The translations under genes were made by a program, and so were the position numbers. The notes under the pieces were generated by a model. It had not been told where the DNA came from and made no database searches. It saw nothing but the letters and a program-made list of their open reading frames with translations. A stretch of DNA of 64,000 nucleotides from sequence record CP053388.1; one strand, 5' to 3'. Below, piece by piece: positions 37,301 to 46,410 of the stretch (the stretch's first letter is position 1; every line of letters starts with the position of its first letter). This stretch comes from Escherichia phage CMS-2020a.

Positions 37301-39041
37301 TTCCATTGCCTGCTCGTAGAACCAGTTCTGAAATGCCTGCCTGATGTGGGGAACCGACGTTGTAACCAGCGCCACCAATCAATGCGATGTAAACGATGGA
37401 ACTCGCTTGTGGCATGGTAACCGTAGCCAGTTTGAACCACCCAGCCCCGCCAGAGAAAGACATCGTTACTGAATTTAAAGTACCAATATCTTTCGGCGTT
37501 AATGTTATATCCGCAGTCAGTGCTTTTCCGTTAACTTTTCGGTTAGATGGCACCCTGCTATTCGCATTGTCATTGGCTGCTTTAACTGCTTTTGGCGTTG
37601 CGGCCAGCGATTCACTGGTGCTATCAACAGCACTGCTAAGTTTCACAACACCTTTAGTTGTAAGGCTTGCGTCTTCCATCGCAACTGCACCGGCAATCTC
37701 TTCAGCACGATCAGCAGCAGCTTCCGCACGGGTCGCAGCGGATTCAGCAGCAGTTTTGCTCTGAGATGCTGCCGTCGCACTGCCTGCCGCCTCTGTTGCT
37801 TTCGTGGATGCCGTCGTGGCGCTGCCCTTCGCTGCTGACGCCTGTCTGGTCGCCTCATCTTTTGAAGCAGACGCAGATGATGCCGATGACGCTGCCGAAC
37901 TGGCGGACGATGCGGCTGCCGTTTTTGAGGATTCTGCACGGGTTTCCGACGCTTTCGCGTTCGTTTCGGATGTCTTCGCTGCGGAAGCAGACCTCGCTGC
38001 TGCGCTGGCCTGTTCAGTGGCTTCGCCAGCCTTCGTTGTGGCTGTTGAAGCAGACGATGCGGCACTTTCTGCCGATTTTCCGGCGGCGGTGGCACTGGCT
38101 GAGGCCTGCCCGGCACTTGTTGACGCGGCACTGGCAGACGACGCAGCCGCTGTTTTTGAGCCTGCCGCAGCTGAGGCACTCTGTCCCGCTGCCGTTTCAG
38201 AAGACCTGGCGTTCGTCTCGGACGTTTTTGCCGCCTTCGCGGAATTGCCTGCCGCTGTTGCCGAGGAGGCTGCACTACTGGCGCTCGAGGCTGCGCTCGT
38301 TTCTGATGATTTTGCCGCCTCTTTTGAAGCCGACGCATCTCTGGCTGAGGTGGCAGCTTCTGACGCTTTCGTGGTCGCGGTGGATGCAGAAGTGGCTGCA
38401 GATTTTTGTGACGCTGCAGCATTCGTTTCAGATTTTTTCGCAGCAGTTGCACTCGCACTTGCGGCACTTTGTGAGGATGCCGCAGCGGATGCACTTTGAG
38501 ACGCTTGAGAGGCTTTTTCTCCAGCGATATTGGCGCTTTCTGCTGCTGCGGCAGCACTGGCCGCCGCCTCACGAGCTTTGTCGCCAGCAGCATCAATCGC
38601 GTCAGTGTTATTTTTATACCACTCAACGTTTTCGTTGTGCTCGTTGACGATCTGCATTAGCGGCTTAACGGTCACTTCTGTACCGTCTTCACGCTCGATT
38701 GTCACCTCATCCAGAGCAGTCAACCAACTGCGCATGGACTTGGAATCAGCCGACATACGCGACATTAGTGCTGTAAAGCGCGCGCTAAACTGTGTTAAGT
38801 CGCCTTCATAGGTCGTAATGATTCGGCACGGAACTTCAGACTGAGTTTCGCCGGTATAAGGTTCTGAGAGAACAATGTTCGTATCACTGGTTACGCGCTT
38901 GATCTCATACAGCTTATTGTCGGGGCCAATGACGATCATCCCCGGCAACACACCATTAGCTGTTACGTTCCAGGCTGTCCCTGCCCCAACCAGAGTATTG
39001 CTACCCTGTGTAAATGTGATAGTACCTTCCCTGTACCACAT
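34311..39041 (-). CDS. side tail fibre protein with Ala/Ser-rich region, internally duplicated domains and C-terminal intramolecular-chaperone (peptidase S74-like) domain
   Basis: 1576 aa; C-terminal SDRRSKRNIR...ALDKLD auto-chaperone-like segment; repeated MSFSGGAGWFKLATVTMPQ and LNGNA-TATKLQTAR blocks. Confidence 0.8.
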   Translation of the reverse strand: MWYREGTITFTQGSNTLVGAGTAWNVTANGVLPGMIVIGPDNKLYEIKRVTSDTNIVLSEPYTGETQSEVPCRIITTYEGDLTQFSARFTALMSRMSADSKSMRSWLTALDEVTIEREDGTEVTVKPLMQIVNEHNENVEWYKNNTDAIDAAGDKAREAAASAAAAAESANIAGEKASQASQSASAAASSQSAASASATAAKKSETNAAASQKSAATSASTATTKASEAATSARDASASKEAAKSSETSAASSASSAASSATAAGNSAKAAKTSETNARSSETAAGQSASAAAGSKTAAASSASAASTSAGQASASATAAGKSAESAASSASTATTKAGEATEQASAAARSASAAKTSETNAKASETRAESSKTAAASSASSAASSASSASASKDEATRQASAAKGSATTASTKATEAAGSATAASQSKTAAESAATRAEAAADRAEEIAGAVAMEDASLTTKGVVKLSSAVDSTSESLAATPKAVKAANDNANSRVPSNRKVNGKALTADITLTPKDIGTLNSVTMSFSGGAGWFKLATVTMPQASSIVYIALIGGAGYNVGSPHQAGISELVLRAGNGNPKGITGALWKRTAVGLTNFAWINTSGDTYDIYVEIGNYATRVNIHWDCTANATVSIYTSPTYSASKPSSVTDGVVYTMYSTHQKPTPLDIGALPTTGGTVSGPLSVTGGLTGSLNGNASTATKLQTARSIGGVVFDGSANINLPGVNTTGNQNTTGNAATATKLQTVRKISGVPFDGSTDITLTAAHVAAFARRATGSYADADGGVPWNAESGAYNVNRTGHSYILANFYTGLGSCRTLQIKAHYKNGGLFYRSSRDGYGFESGWEQVYTTGFMPQPADINAPTAAAGWLNSGNGTAFTTAQFITWLNNQGAFTNKHWIARCSWTYANNNYIDDTGCGRIDLSGSVIEVFSNKATSHYTIRVTTTTTSGHGGVNNAEFIYVYNGSDYAPGWRRSYNTRNKPTASDVGALSLSGGALTGGLTAAGEIISKSANGLRIAYGNYGFFIRNDGSNTYFMLTASGDTLGSWNGLRPIIINNTSGAVTIGNGLNVTGGINGSLNGNAATATKLQTARTIGGVSFDGSANINLPGVNIAGNQNTTGNAATATKLQTARTINGVSFDGSKNIELTPRSIGTINSATMSFSGGAGWFKLATVTMPQASSVVYISLIGGAGFNVGSPQQAGISELVLRAGNGNPKGITGALWRRTSVGFTNFAWVNTSGDTYDIYVEIGNYATGVNIQWDYTSNASVTIHTSPTYTANKPTGLTDGTVYVIYSSHIKPTAADVGALSLSGGQLNGALGIGTSSALGGNSIVLGDNDTGFKQNGDGILDVYANSAHVFRFVNSTLQSLKPLSVTGDITSSAWVYANRFSINSGSGAWIDMRNQNVIFGRNAVSTSSAQALLRQDHADRKFFLGGLGNSQFGFYMINNSRTANGTDANAYLQNDGTWVCGGNGSFNDVYIRSDRRSKRNIRKIERALDKLDRIEGVLYEIQVCDRYEQSGGLIAQDVQNVQPELVTVDHNDQSGEPRLRLNYNGVIGMLVEAVKELREEVRELKAKM

Positions 39042-39134
39042 GTTGAATATGCTCCTTGATTTGGCGGGCTATCCTTGCCCGCCATTAAGTAAATACTTAC
39101 CTATTTTTACCGATATAAAATTTTTTTTCCACCA

Positions 39135-42100
39135 TCACAGACGGCCAATTCTTACTCGTAAGACGTTGTTATCGTCATAAACGTCAATCCGCTGACCATT
39201 TATAACCAATCGCCCATTGCCGCCGCTATTACCGTTGATCTCAAGCGTTCCATTTTTGCCGAACCGCCATCCAGATCTACCGCTAACAAAATTGGTAGAT
39301 TGCAGATCGCCTACTTTTGCATTGGTGATTGTGCCATCCTTGATATACGCTCCATTCATATAGGCGATACTGTTTTCGATAACAAATGGCGTTGTGATCT
39401 TCCCGTTAACAGAGTTGACCAAACCAAACCTGTCAGCCTGCACCAAAAACTGAGAAAGGCCAGTGGTGTCGATACCAAGCGCAATACCAGCAACATACTT
39501 CTGCCCTCCGCTCGTTGAAGTTTCCATTTTCAACGTCCACGCGGTTGACACTTTTTTGTTGGTATCAGCAATAGCTGTTGCCTGCTGTTGAATTGTCGCG
39601 GTATTTCCATCCACCTCTGCTTTCAGAGTATCGATTCGCCCACTCAGAGCATTATCTGCCTGCGTTCTCGCTGTCGTTTCAGTTGTTACCGCCGCGGAAA
39701 TGTTGGCTGCCGTTTGAGACTCTAAGTTTGTGATTTGAGTCGCCAATGCGGCATCTTGCTCTGTACGCGTTTTCGTTTCGGTTGCTACAGCCGCTTTAAT
39801 ATCCTCTTTGTATTGAGAGGTCAGCTTGGTGATCTGAGACGACAACGCCGAGTCAGCATCAGTTCGAGCCTGCGTTTCAACTGCAACGGCCGCACTAATA
39901 TCTTTCGCTGTCTGTGCTTTTAAACTTGAAACCTCTTTTGTTAAAGCGGTATCACCATCTGCACGAGCCGTTGTTTCTCTGGCAAGAGACGCCTCGAGAT
40001 CATTAGCTTTTGCTGTAAGAGACGTAATCTGGGTAGACAATGCACTATCGGCATCAGTCCTTGCTTTTGTCTCTACAGCAACCGCTGCGGCAATATCAGT
40101 TCCGGTTTGTGCTCGCAGGCTGTTAATTTCTCGTGAGAGCGCCTGGTCAGCACTTGCCCTGGCCTCCTGCTCCTGAGTGATGGCAGCGGATATATCACCG
40201 TCAACCTTTGACTGAAGCTGGTTTATTTGTTTGGCTAACGCAGAGTCCCCGCTTGCTCGAGCCTCCTGCTCACTACGTATTGCAGCAGAAATATCATCAT
40301 CAACCTTTGCCTGAAGTTGGGTGATCTGGCTTGCCAGAGCCGAATCTTCCGTTGCTCGGGCTTCTTGCTCTTCCTTAATAGCTGCGACGATATCGTTGCT
40401 TACTTTCGACTCAAGCTGAGTGATCTGTGTCGTCAGAGCTTCATCGGCAGATGTACGAGCCTCCTGCTCTGTACTAATCGCCGCGCTGATATCTCCTTCA
40501 AACTTAGATTGCAGCTGAGTGACACGCTTTGCCAACGCTTCATCGCCATCGGCACGAGCGGTGGACTCTTCCAGAATACTGGCCTTAATGTCTTCGCCAA
40601 TTTCTACGCGAATTTCCTCAACCTTCGTGGCTATTGCAGACATATCATCAGCAAAGGTTTTCTGTGTTGTTGCGATCTTCGCGTTATTGACCATCTGCTT
40701 GTGCTGGTCTTCATCTTGACGAAGAGCCAGGTCAATATTTGTTTTGGCTAACGCCTCAATGTTCGTAGTCAGTTCTGCACTGGCACGATCGACCTCTGCA
40801 ACCGTCTTTTTCATTTCTTCAACGGCAGCGGAGCTTTCCTCTACCGTTGACTGCAACACTTCCAGTTGTTTAGCGTTTGCAGCATCGCCTTCAACACGAG
40901 CCTCGCTTTCCTTAGCAATAAGAGCCGCCGCTTCATCTCTTGCAGCCTTTATTGCCTCGACTGTATTAGCGAGAGCTTTATCGTGTTCAGATACGGTGTT
41001 TTCGATTTCAACAATTGCAGCATCAGTAGCATCAATTTTTTCAAACGCTTCATTGACCTTGTCAATCGTTGCCGAAACCTCACCTTTAAGCTCGGTTTGT
41101 GCGTTCTCCAAAGCATCGCTACGCTCGTTGAATTTTATTTCAAAATCCGCGAGGTTATCGCTGAACTGCTTATCTAATTCAGCTATATCTTCCTTAACGT
41201 CGTTTACCGCCCCCTCCAAAGATTCGACGCTCTGGTTGATATGCTCATTTAACTCGTCAACTGCTTCTTGAGAGGCTTTGCTGTTGATGTCCTCAAGCAG
41301 AGCCTGACCAAGCTCGGAAGATGTAATTTTGCCAGTCAGGAACGACAGTACATCGCGAGTTGTCGCCTCTGTACCCAAGTTTGAGTTCGGAGGACTTAAC
41401 ATACCTCGCTTGTTCGATGCTCGAACCCAGTAATACCACGTTTCGCTATCCCCAAGACCAGCATGTGTAAAGGTGGTGCTTGCAGACTCTGCGATCAGTT
41501 TCGCCGTATCCAGATTGTTGGTCTGGGATGCGTAAACATTAATGTGATCAAGGTCTACCGAATCTGGATTAACCCAATTCAGTATCACATTACGATAGTC
41601 TCCAACGGCCGTTAATGACGTTGGGGAATCCGGCGGTGTCATTGTGCCCAACACCTGATAAACGGTACTGATAATCTCTGTTTTTTTACCGTTGAATGAA
41701 ACCGCATACAGCTGGAAGTCGTAGCGTCCATTCTCCGCGACATTAACGATTTCGTATTGCTCTTCGGTTACACGCGCCGATTGCCAGTTCGATACATTGT
41801 TTTCATCAGAACGTCGCCAACTGATCCAATACTCTGGAGATTTCCCTTCCCATGTTGCAGTCAGTTTTACTGACAGGTTGCCAGGGCTTGAGAGATAAGT
41901 CCCTTCGGTGATTTGCAAATTAGACGGCTTGGAGTAAGTCGGGTCCAATACCGTCGTATTCTGCGGGATAAGCGTTGCACCATTGTCGATTGCCTCATAT
42001 TTAGACGGATTGTTCTCAACAGCGGTGATGTCAAAGCTACCCGGCGTTTCCCCCTGCGCGATGTTAACGATGCGAACGCGCATAGGTTCGAGATCTGGTT

Positions 42101-43868
42101 CTGTAATTGTCCAGACACCGTTCAAAACAGGCGTTTCCGCTGACGACAGGGCTTTTGAAAACGTAACCTTTGTTATGTTTTCGCCAGTTTCAAGAACATC
42201 GCGTTCAACGATTTTGCCTTCCTGATTCAGTATTCGAATAAAGCAGCCGCCTTTGGCTAACGACACCGGCGCATCGAGTGTGACGCTGTTTTTGGTAAAC
42301 GCCACAATTCGACCTGAGTTACGTTTGCCTGCGCGATATTTGTTCTGAATCAGAACGGTTTCACCAGGCATCAGAAATGACGCGTCTAAGCCGGCAGTAA
42401 ATGTAATTACATCCGACTCCATTCTGGCGGTATATAAAAGCCACAAACCAACTCGGTGAGCCTGCCCTCGGCTTGTACAGCCAAATGCTACGACTTCTGT
42501 CTTACGCTCACCATAACGGCGCATTGCGTCCTGATCTTCAACGTACTCGATGTTTTGCTTATAACCGTCCTCCTTGTTGTTGTAGGTTACGAGCGCAACG
42601 GATGGGCGATCTTTACGCGCAGAACCTTTATAGGTAAACAATCCATCTTTGACGTTAGAGTTGGTAAACATCATTACCGGATCTGATGGGCTATCCTGCA
42701 TGATGTTAACCATGCCACCAGCCCAAAACACCATACCGCGGAATGCACCGGCAATATCCTGAATTAATCGGTATGCGTCCTGTCGACTGGTGATCTGCGT
42801 ATTGATTGCAAAGCGTTTCTCTTTACCACCAAAGCCATCATCAACCTCTTCGTCACAATATCGACCGATCTGGTATAGCTGGCCGAGGTCAATCATAGAT
42901 TCCGACACATACTGACCAAGGCCATATCGAGCATTGGTAAGCAAATCAAAGAGAATCCACGCGGGGTTTGAAGAAGACAACAGCTTAAAAGTGCCATCCC
43001 ATACACCATCATAAGTGTTGCTGGCCTCGTTGTAGTTTGACGGCACGCGAATTTTTAATCCACGTACCAAATACGAACGAGATGGCATGGTGCTACCAAA
43101 CTGCTCAGAATTAACCTTCAGACCCACCAGCACAGAGTTTGGGTAGTTCATCGGTGTATCTACAATCTCACCTATTGAGTCCACCCATGTATCGTTATAG
43201 AGATACTGGCTGCTGTTATCATCGGTAATACGGACTACACGAACCTTGTACGCGCGTCCAGGCTTAGGCAGCTTCAGCTCATAGCTACGGTAATAAACAC
43301 CTGTCTTCTTTGCTGTTAGCTTAATGCCAACGCTTTTTTCACCTTCTGCGACCACATCTACAAATGTTGAGTCGCCATTTGCTATCTGGAACTTGTACTC
43401 AACGGTTGTACCGTTCGTGTCACCAGTTTTTTTATCTATGCTTCGCAAAGAAGGAAACTTCATGATGACACGAACCCGATCAGCTTCATCGTTATCGATT
43501 GAAACCGTTACATAATGTGTTTTTTTTAACTGGATATTGACGGATTTAGGCGTTTCAACGAAATCAAAGCCAGACATTGGAGTCTGGTCTTGCGAACCGT
43601 CGCGAAAATCCCATGTGATTCCGCTGAAGTTGGAGGAACCGTCTTCATTTACAATCGGCAGATCGTCGACAAAAATAGATCTTGCGCCATTTACCAAGCC
43701 GCCAATTACACCTTCCCCAAGAAGATCGAGGATAGCGGCCATTGCACGAGAATTTACGGTATCGTCGGCTTCAACCGGTGTACGGCTAGAGCTTTTGCTG
43801 CTTTTTTTACCACCCGCACCTGCAATAAACAGCGGTAACTTTTTCTTCTTGAACTGTTCCATGTTCAA
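39135..43868 (-). CDS. J: central tail fibre / host specificity protein, lambda J-like
   Basis: blocks matching recalled lambda J such as VGLKVNSEQFGS, RVPSNYN, FGCTSRGQAHRVGLWL; 1577 aa with added coiled-coil repeat region. Confidence 0.85.
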   Translation of the reverse strand: MNMEQFKKKKLPLFIAGAGGKKSSKSSSRTPVEADDTVNSRAMAAILDLLGEGVIGGLVNGARSIFVDDLPIVNEDGSSNFSGITWDFRDGSQDQTPMSGFDFVETPKSVNIQLKKTHYVTVSIDNDEADRVRVIMKFPSLRSIDKKTGDTNGTTVEYKFQIANGDSTFVDVVAEGEKSVGIKLTAKKTGVYYRSYELKLPKPGRAYKVRVVRITDDNSSQYLYNDTWVDSIGEIVDTPMNYPNSVLVGLKVNSEQFGSTMPSRSYLVRGLKIRVPSNYNEASNTYDGVWDGTFKLLSSSNPAWILFDLLTNARYGLGQYVSESMIDLGQLYQIGRYCDEEVDDGFGGKEKRFAINTQITSRQDAYRLIQDIAGAFRGMVFWAGGMVNIMQDSPSDPVMMFTNSNVKDGLFTYKGSARKDRPSVALVTYNNKEDGYKQNIEYVEDQDAMRRYGERKTEVVAFGCTSRGQAHRVGLWLLYTARMESDVITFTAGLDASFLMPGETVLIQNKYRAGKRNSGRIVAFTKNSVTLDAPVSLAKGGCFIRILNQEGKIVERDVLETGENITKVTFSKALSSAETPVLNGVWTITEPDLEPMRVRIVNIAQGETPGSFDITAVENNPSKYEAIDNGATLIPQNTTVLDPTYSKPSNLQITEGTYLSSPGNLSVKLTATWEGKSPEYWISWRRSDENNVSNWQSARVTEEQYEIVNVAENGRYDFQLYAVSFNGKKTEIISTVYQVLGTMTPPDSPTSLTAVGDYRNVILNWVNPDSVDLDHINVYASQTNNLDTAKLIAESASTTFTHAGLGDSETWYYWVRASNKRGMLSPPNSNLGTEATTRDVLSFLTGKITSSELGQALLEDINSKASQEAVDELNEHINQSVESLEGAVNDVKEDIAELDKQFSDNLADFEIKFNERSDALENAQTELKGEVSATIDKVNEAFEKIDATDAAIVEIENTVSEHDKALANTVEAIKAARDEAAALIAKESEARVEGDAANAKQLEVLQSTVEESSAAVEEMKKTVAEVDRASAELTTNIEALAKTNIDLALRQDEDQHKQMVNNAKIATTQKTFADDMSAIATKVEEIRVEIGEDIKASILEESTARADGDEALAKRVTQLQSKFEGDISAAISTEQEARTSADEALTTQITQLESKVSNDIVAAIKEEQEARATEDSALASQITQLQAKVDDDISAAIRSEQEARASGDSALAKQINQLQSKVDGDISAAITQEQEARASADQALSREINSLRAQTGTDIAAAVAVETKARTDADSALSTQITSLTAKANDLEASLARETTARADGDTALTKEVSSLKAQTAKDISAAVAVETQARTDADSALSSQITKLTSQYKEDIKAAVATETKTRTEQDAALATQITNLESQTAANISAAVTTETTARTQADNALSGRIDTLKAEVDGNTATIQQQATAIADTNKKVSTAWTLKMETSTSGGQKYVAGIALGIDTTGLSQFLVQADRFGLVNSVNGKITTPFVIENSIAYMNGAYIKDGTITNAKVGDLQSTNFVSGRSGWRFGKNGTLEINGNSGGNGRLVINGQRIDVYDDNNVLRVRIGRL

Positions 43869-43880
43869 AAAAATCCTTGT

Positions 43881-44474
43881 TTACATTAGCTGGTCAATCG
43901 TGATTGAAGAACTCACAACCTGTGAGCCAACCAGAATTTCCTCGCCATAGATAAGTTGTACTGGGTTGCCCTGGTTTTCTGTATTTTGAGGGCCGTCGAA
44001 ATAATAAGAGTTCGAGTTATCTGCCTGTCTCACACTTTCGTTAGTGGCTTGCGGCGATATGATTTGTGATATGCCGCCCATCATCAGTGACAAACCGAGA
44101 GGTGCTAAAGCAGGCATCACTACCGCCGATACAACCAACAAAGCGGCCCCTACTACCGTCTGAAACCACCCAAAAGCAGATCCACCGCTTCCTCGCGGAA
44201 CAGGTGTAATGCGGATTTTGGCAATGTTGTCAGACTGCCCCATCATCTGATATTCACTTTCGTCAACAGACCACTTGTGGCCCTGTTTATTGGTGATCTG
44301 GATGTGGTAACGGTCATAGGTTTTGATATTGCGCTTCATCCATGCTTTAAACCCAGGCTTGTTGGCCTCAATTAAATCCAGAGCCTGTTTTGTATTGCGC
44401 ACCTTTAGATGCCAGTGGCGGCCAAAATGTTTGGCCATAGGGCCGCCAAGCTGCACATGAACTAACTCAGACAC
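43881..44474 (-). CDS. I: tail assembly protein, lambda I-like
   Basis: position between K-like and J-like genes; C-terminal hydrophobic segment. Confidence 0.6.
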   Translation of the reverse strand: MSELVHVQLGGPMAKHFGRHWHLKVRNTKQALDLIEANKPGFKAWMKRNIKTYDRYHIQITNKQGHKWSVDESEYQMMGQSDNIAKIRITPVPRGSGGSAFGWFQTVVGAALLVVSAVVMPALAPLGLSLMMGGISQIISPQATNESVRQADNSNSYYFDGPQNTENQGNPVQLIYGEEILVGSQVVSSSITIDQLM

Positions 44475-45286
44475 GTCTCATCTCCCTTGAGCAAGTCTCT
44501 GTGACGCAAGTGATGCGTCGTATGTTTCTGATACATTCCGCCGTAATAAGCACGACAACTAAGGCGGTCGATCTGGTGATGAAGAATCATTCCATCGCCG
44601 ATATAAACCGCGCAGTGGTCAGGCATTTTCCCGTATTGGATAAAGAAGATGTCCCCACGTTGAGGCTCTGTTCCGGGAGCAAGACGCACCAATCCCTCGT
44701 TACGGTAGTTCTGATCGAGAATGTCGTTATCGCCGGTGTACCACGATGGAATATGCAGGTGTGCGTTCGGGTTTAGTTCGACGTTAAACTCACGCTTCAA
44801 ATAGTCCCGACACAACATCCAGCAATCGAATACGCCAAATACATACGGTCTGCCCAGGTATGGCATTTCGAAACCATCAGGTGTGATCACATTCATCTCG
44901 CTAAAATGGAAAGGGGCATCTCCCTCAACATTCTTGCGAATAGCCAGAATCATCCACGGAACTTCCGTCGCTTCGCAGCCTGCACGATCGGCATCAGATG
45001 CTTCTGCTGATTCATCAGTATGTGAATGCCAGATTGCGATAACATCACCCGCATCCTCTGCCGCCATAATGTCGTCAACGTGCATTACAAAAGTGTTCTG
45101 CGGGTTCTCCGAAACATTCCGCGCTTCCATAAAGCGATATTTGTCGCCATTAGTTCTAACCAGAAAGCCACACGCTTCATTAGGGTAGCGATTTATGGCG
45201 CAGAGATAGATTTGCTGCATAACGTCAGAGCCAAGCTCAGGGATTGCTTTATTACCCATACCGCGTAGCTCCAATAAATCCGCCAA
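44462..45286 (-). CDS. K: tail assembly protein, lambda K-like (JAB/MPN plus NlpC/P60)
   Basis: JAMM motif HSHTDESAEASDAD and downstream Cys/His pattern. Confidence 0.8.
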   Translation of the reverse strand: MADLLELRGMGNKAIPELGSDVMQQIYLCAINRYPNEACGFLVRTNGDKYRFMEARNVSENPQNTFVMHVDDIMAAEDAGDVIAIWHSHTDESAEASDADRAGCEATEVPWMILAIRKNVEGDAPFHFSEMNVITPDGFEMPYLGRPYVFGVFDCWMLCRDYLKREFNVELNPNAHLHIPSWYTGDNDILDQNYRNEGLVRLAPGTEPQRGDIFFIQYGKMPDHCAVYIGDGMILHHQIDRLSCRAYYGGMYQKHTTHHLRHRDLLKGDETCLS

Positions 45287-45983
45287 AATGGATCACACCG
45301 TCGGCAAAATAATTCCGACGCGCATTACAGGCGTCATAACGTTTTGTGCAGTAATCCGCACCAGACATAGACGTCTGCTGGTTATTTTTGTCGAAATATG
45401 GACCGGTATAGCCGCATTCTGGCCCTCGGTATTTCCACGGGCAGGTGTTTTTAATGATCTGACGATACGGCAGTTGCACCCCCATCAAATCGAACACACT
45501 AGACAATTCAAACTCGACAACCTGATGAGTTTCGAGAGTTTTCTGTTCGATAAACCACATTTCATCCGGGAAATGTTGGTTTGGATCTGCTGTTGGGTTG
45601 CCGTCTTTAAAATTAACGGCATCGAGGAAGCGAGCCAGCGTCATCTTGCGAATAATGCGGCAGCCAACAAGATCGTCGTTTGCCTGAACTTCCGCAGAGA
45701 CAGTTCCGGCAAAGTTCGATACCTGAATTTTTGGACGTGGCAACGTTCCCTGGCCAGTTTTGTCAAAGCCTGATGCTTTGATTGGCCACGGCTCGTATGT
45801 CACTCCTTGCCAGACGACCGGTTGCATCAGTTCGTTTGTTCCGGCGTGGAAGAATAACTTCCCCCCTGAAGTTGTGTTCGACATATCCAGTACGAACAAC
45901 TCAATGAGTGCAGAGGGAGATAAGCTCTGAATATCAGCTTTAATTCCCATTGTTTCATCCTTGAAATAAGTAGGCGCTAACAT
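45252..45983 (-). CDS. L: minor tail protein, lambda L-like
   Basis: ARFLDAVNF and YRGPECGYTGP match recalled lambda L blocks. Confidence 0.85.
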   Translation of the reverse strand: MLAPTYFKDETMGIKADIQSLSPSALIELFVLDMSNTTSGGKLFFHAGTNELMQPVVWQGVTYEPWPIKASGFDKTGQGTLPRPKIQVSNFAGTVSAEVQANDDLVGCRIIRKMTLARFLDAVNFKDGNPTADPNQHFPDEMWFIEQKTLETHQVVEFELSSVFDLMGVQLPYRQIIKNTCPWKYRGPECGYTGPYFDKNNQQTSMSGADYCTKRYDACNARRNYFADGVIHFGGFIGATRYG

Positions 45984-46032
45984 CCTGTCAGCGCCACAAT
46001 GATAGTAAATTAGTACTTACTTATCCAGATAC

Positions 46033-46368
46033 TTAAGCCTCAAATACTTGTCTGAATGTAGCAGTTAAGACACAGTACCCCTGATATCGCTTGACCGTAT
46101 GACTGTCACATACAACTACAATCCGTTTTCCTCTTGGATTAACCCAATAGAACGACTCAACGCCTGCTCGCTCAGTCAGGAAGTCATCGATTGCATTAAT
46201 TTCGTTGTATGATCTGGTAAAGGTTAACGACCATTCTTCTTTAATACGATTAAGACCTTGAGCCTGTCTCTGCTCGTAGTCATCACCAAAATTAAGTACC
46301 GTTACATTCGGTTTTACGCTCTTTTCAGATTCGTAATCTGGATACCAATTAAACGTTTGTCTTTCCAT
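46033..46368 (-). CDS. M: minor tail protein, lambda M-like
   Basis: FGDDYEQRQAQGLN resembles lambda M FGDGYSQRAPAGLN; 111 aa. Confidence 0.75.
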   Translation of the reverse strand: MERQTFNWYPDYESEKSVKPNVTVLNFGDDYEQRQAQGLNRIKEEWSLTFTRSYNEINAIDDFLTERAGVESFYWVNPRGKRIVVVCDSHTVKRYQGYCVLTATFRQVFEA

Positions 46369-46410
46369 CTCACATCCTTGTGAGACTGCCCCGGTCGGGG
46401 CAGTCGATAG

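Noticed and set aside
37643-38647. Long overlapping ORFs on both strands (327, 326 and 231 aa) rich in Ala, Arg, Pro, Gln
   Set aside because: They lie antisense or out of frame within the Ala/Ser-rich low-complexity segment of the side tail fibre gene; compositional artefacts of the repetitive GC-rich coding sequence.
40317-41271. + strand ORFs of 144-175 aa
   Set aside because: Antisense to the repetitive coiled-coil region of the J-like gene; low-complexity Ser/Ala/Leu translations.
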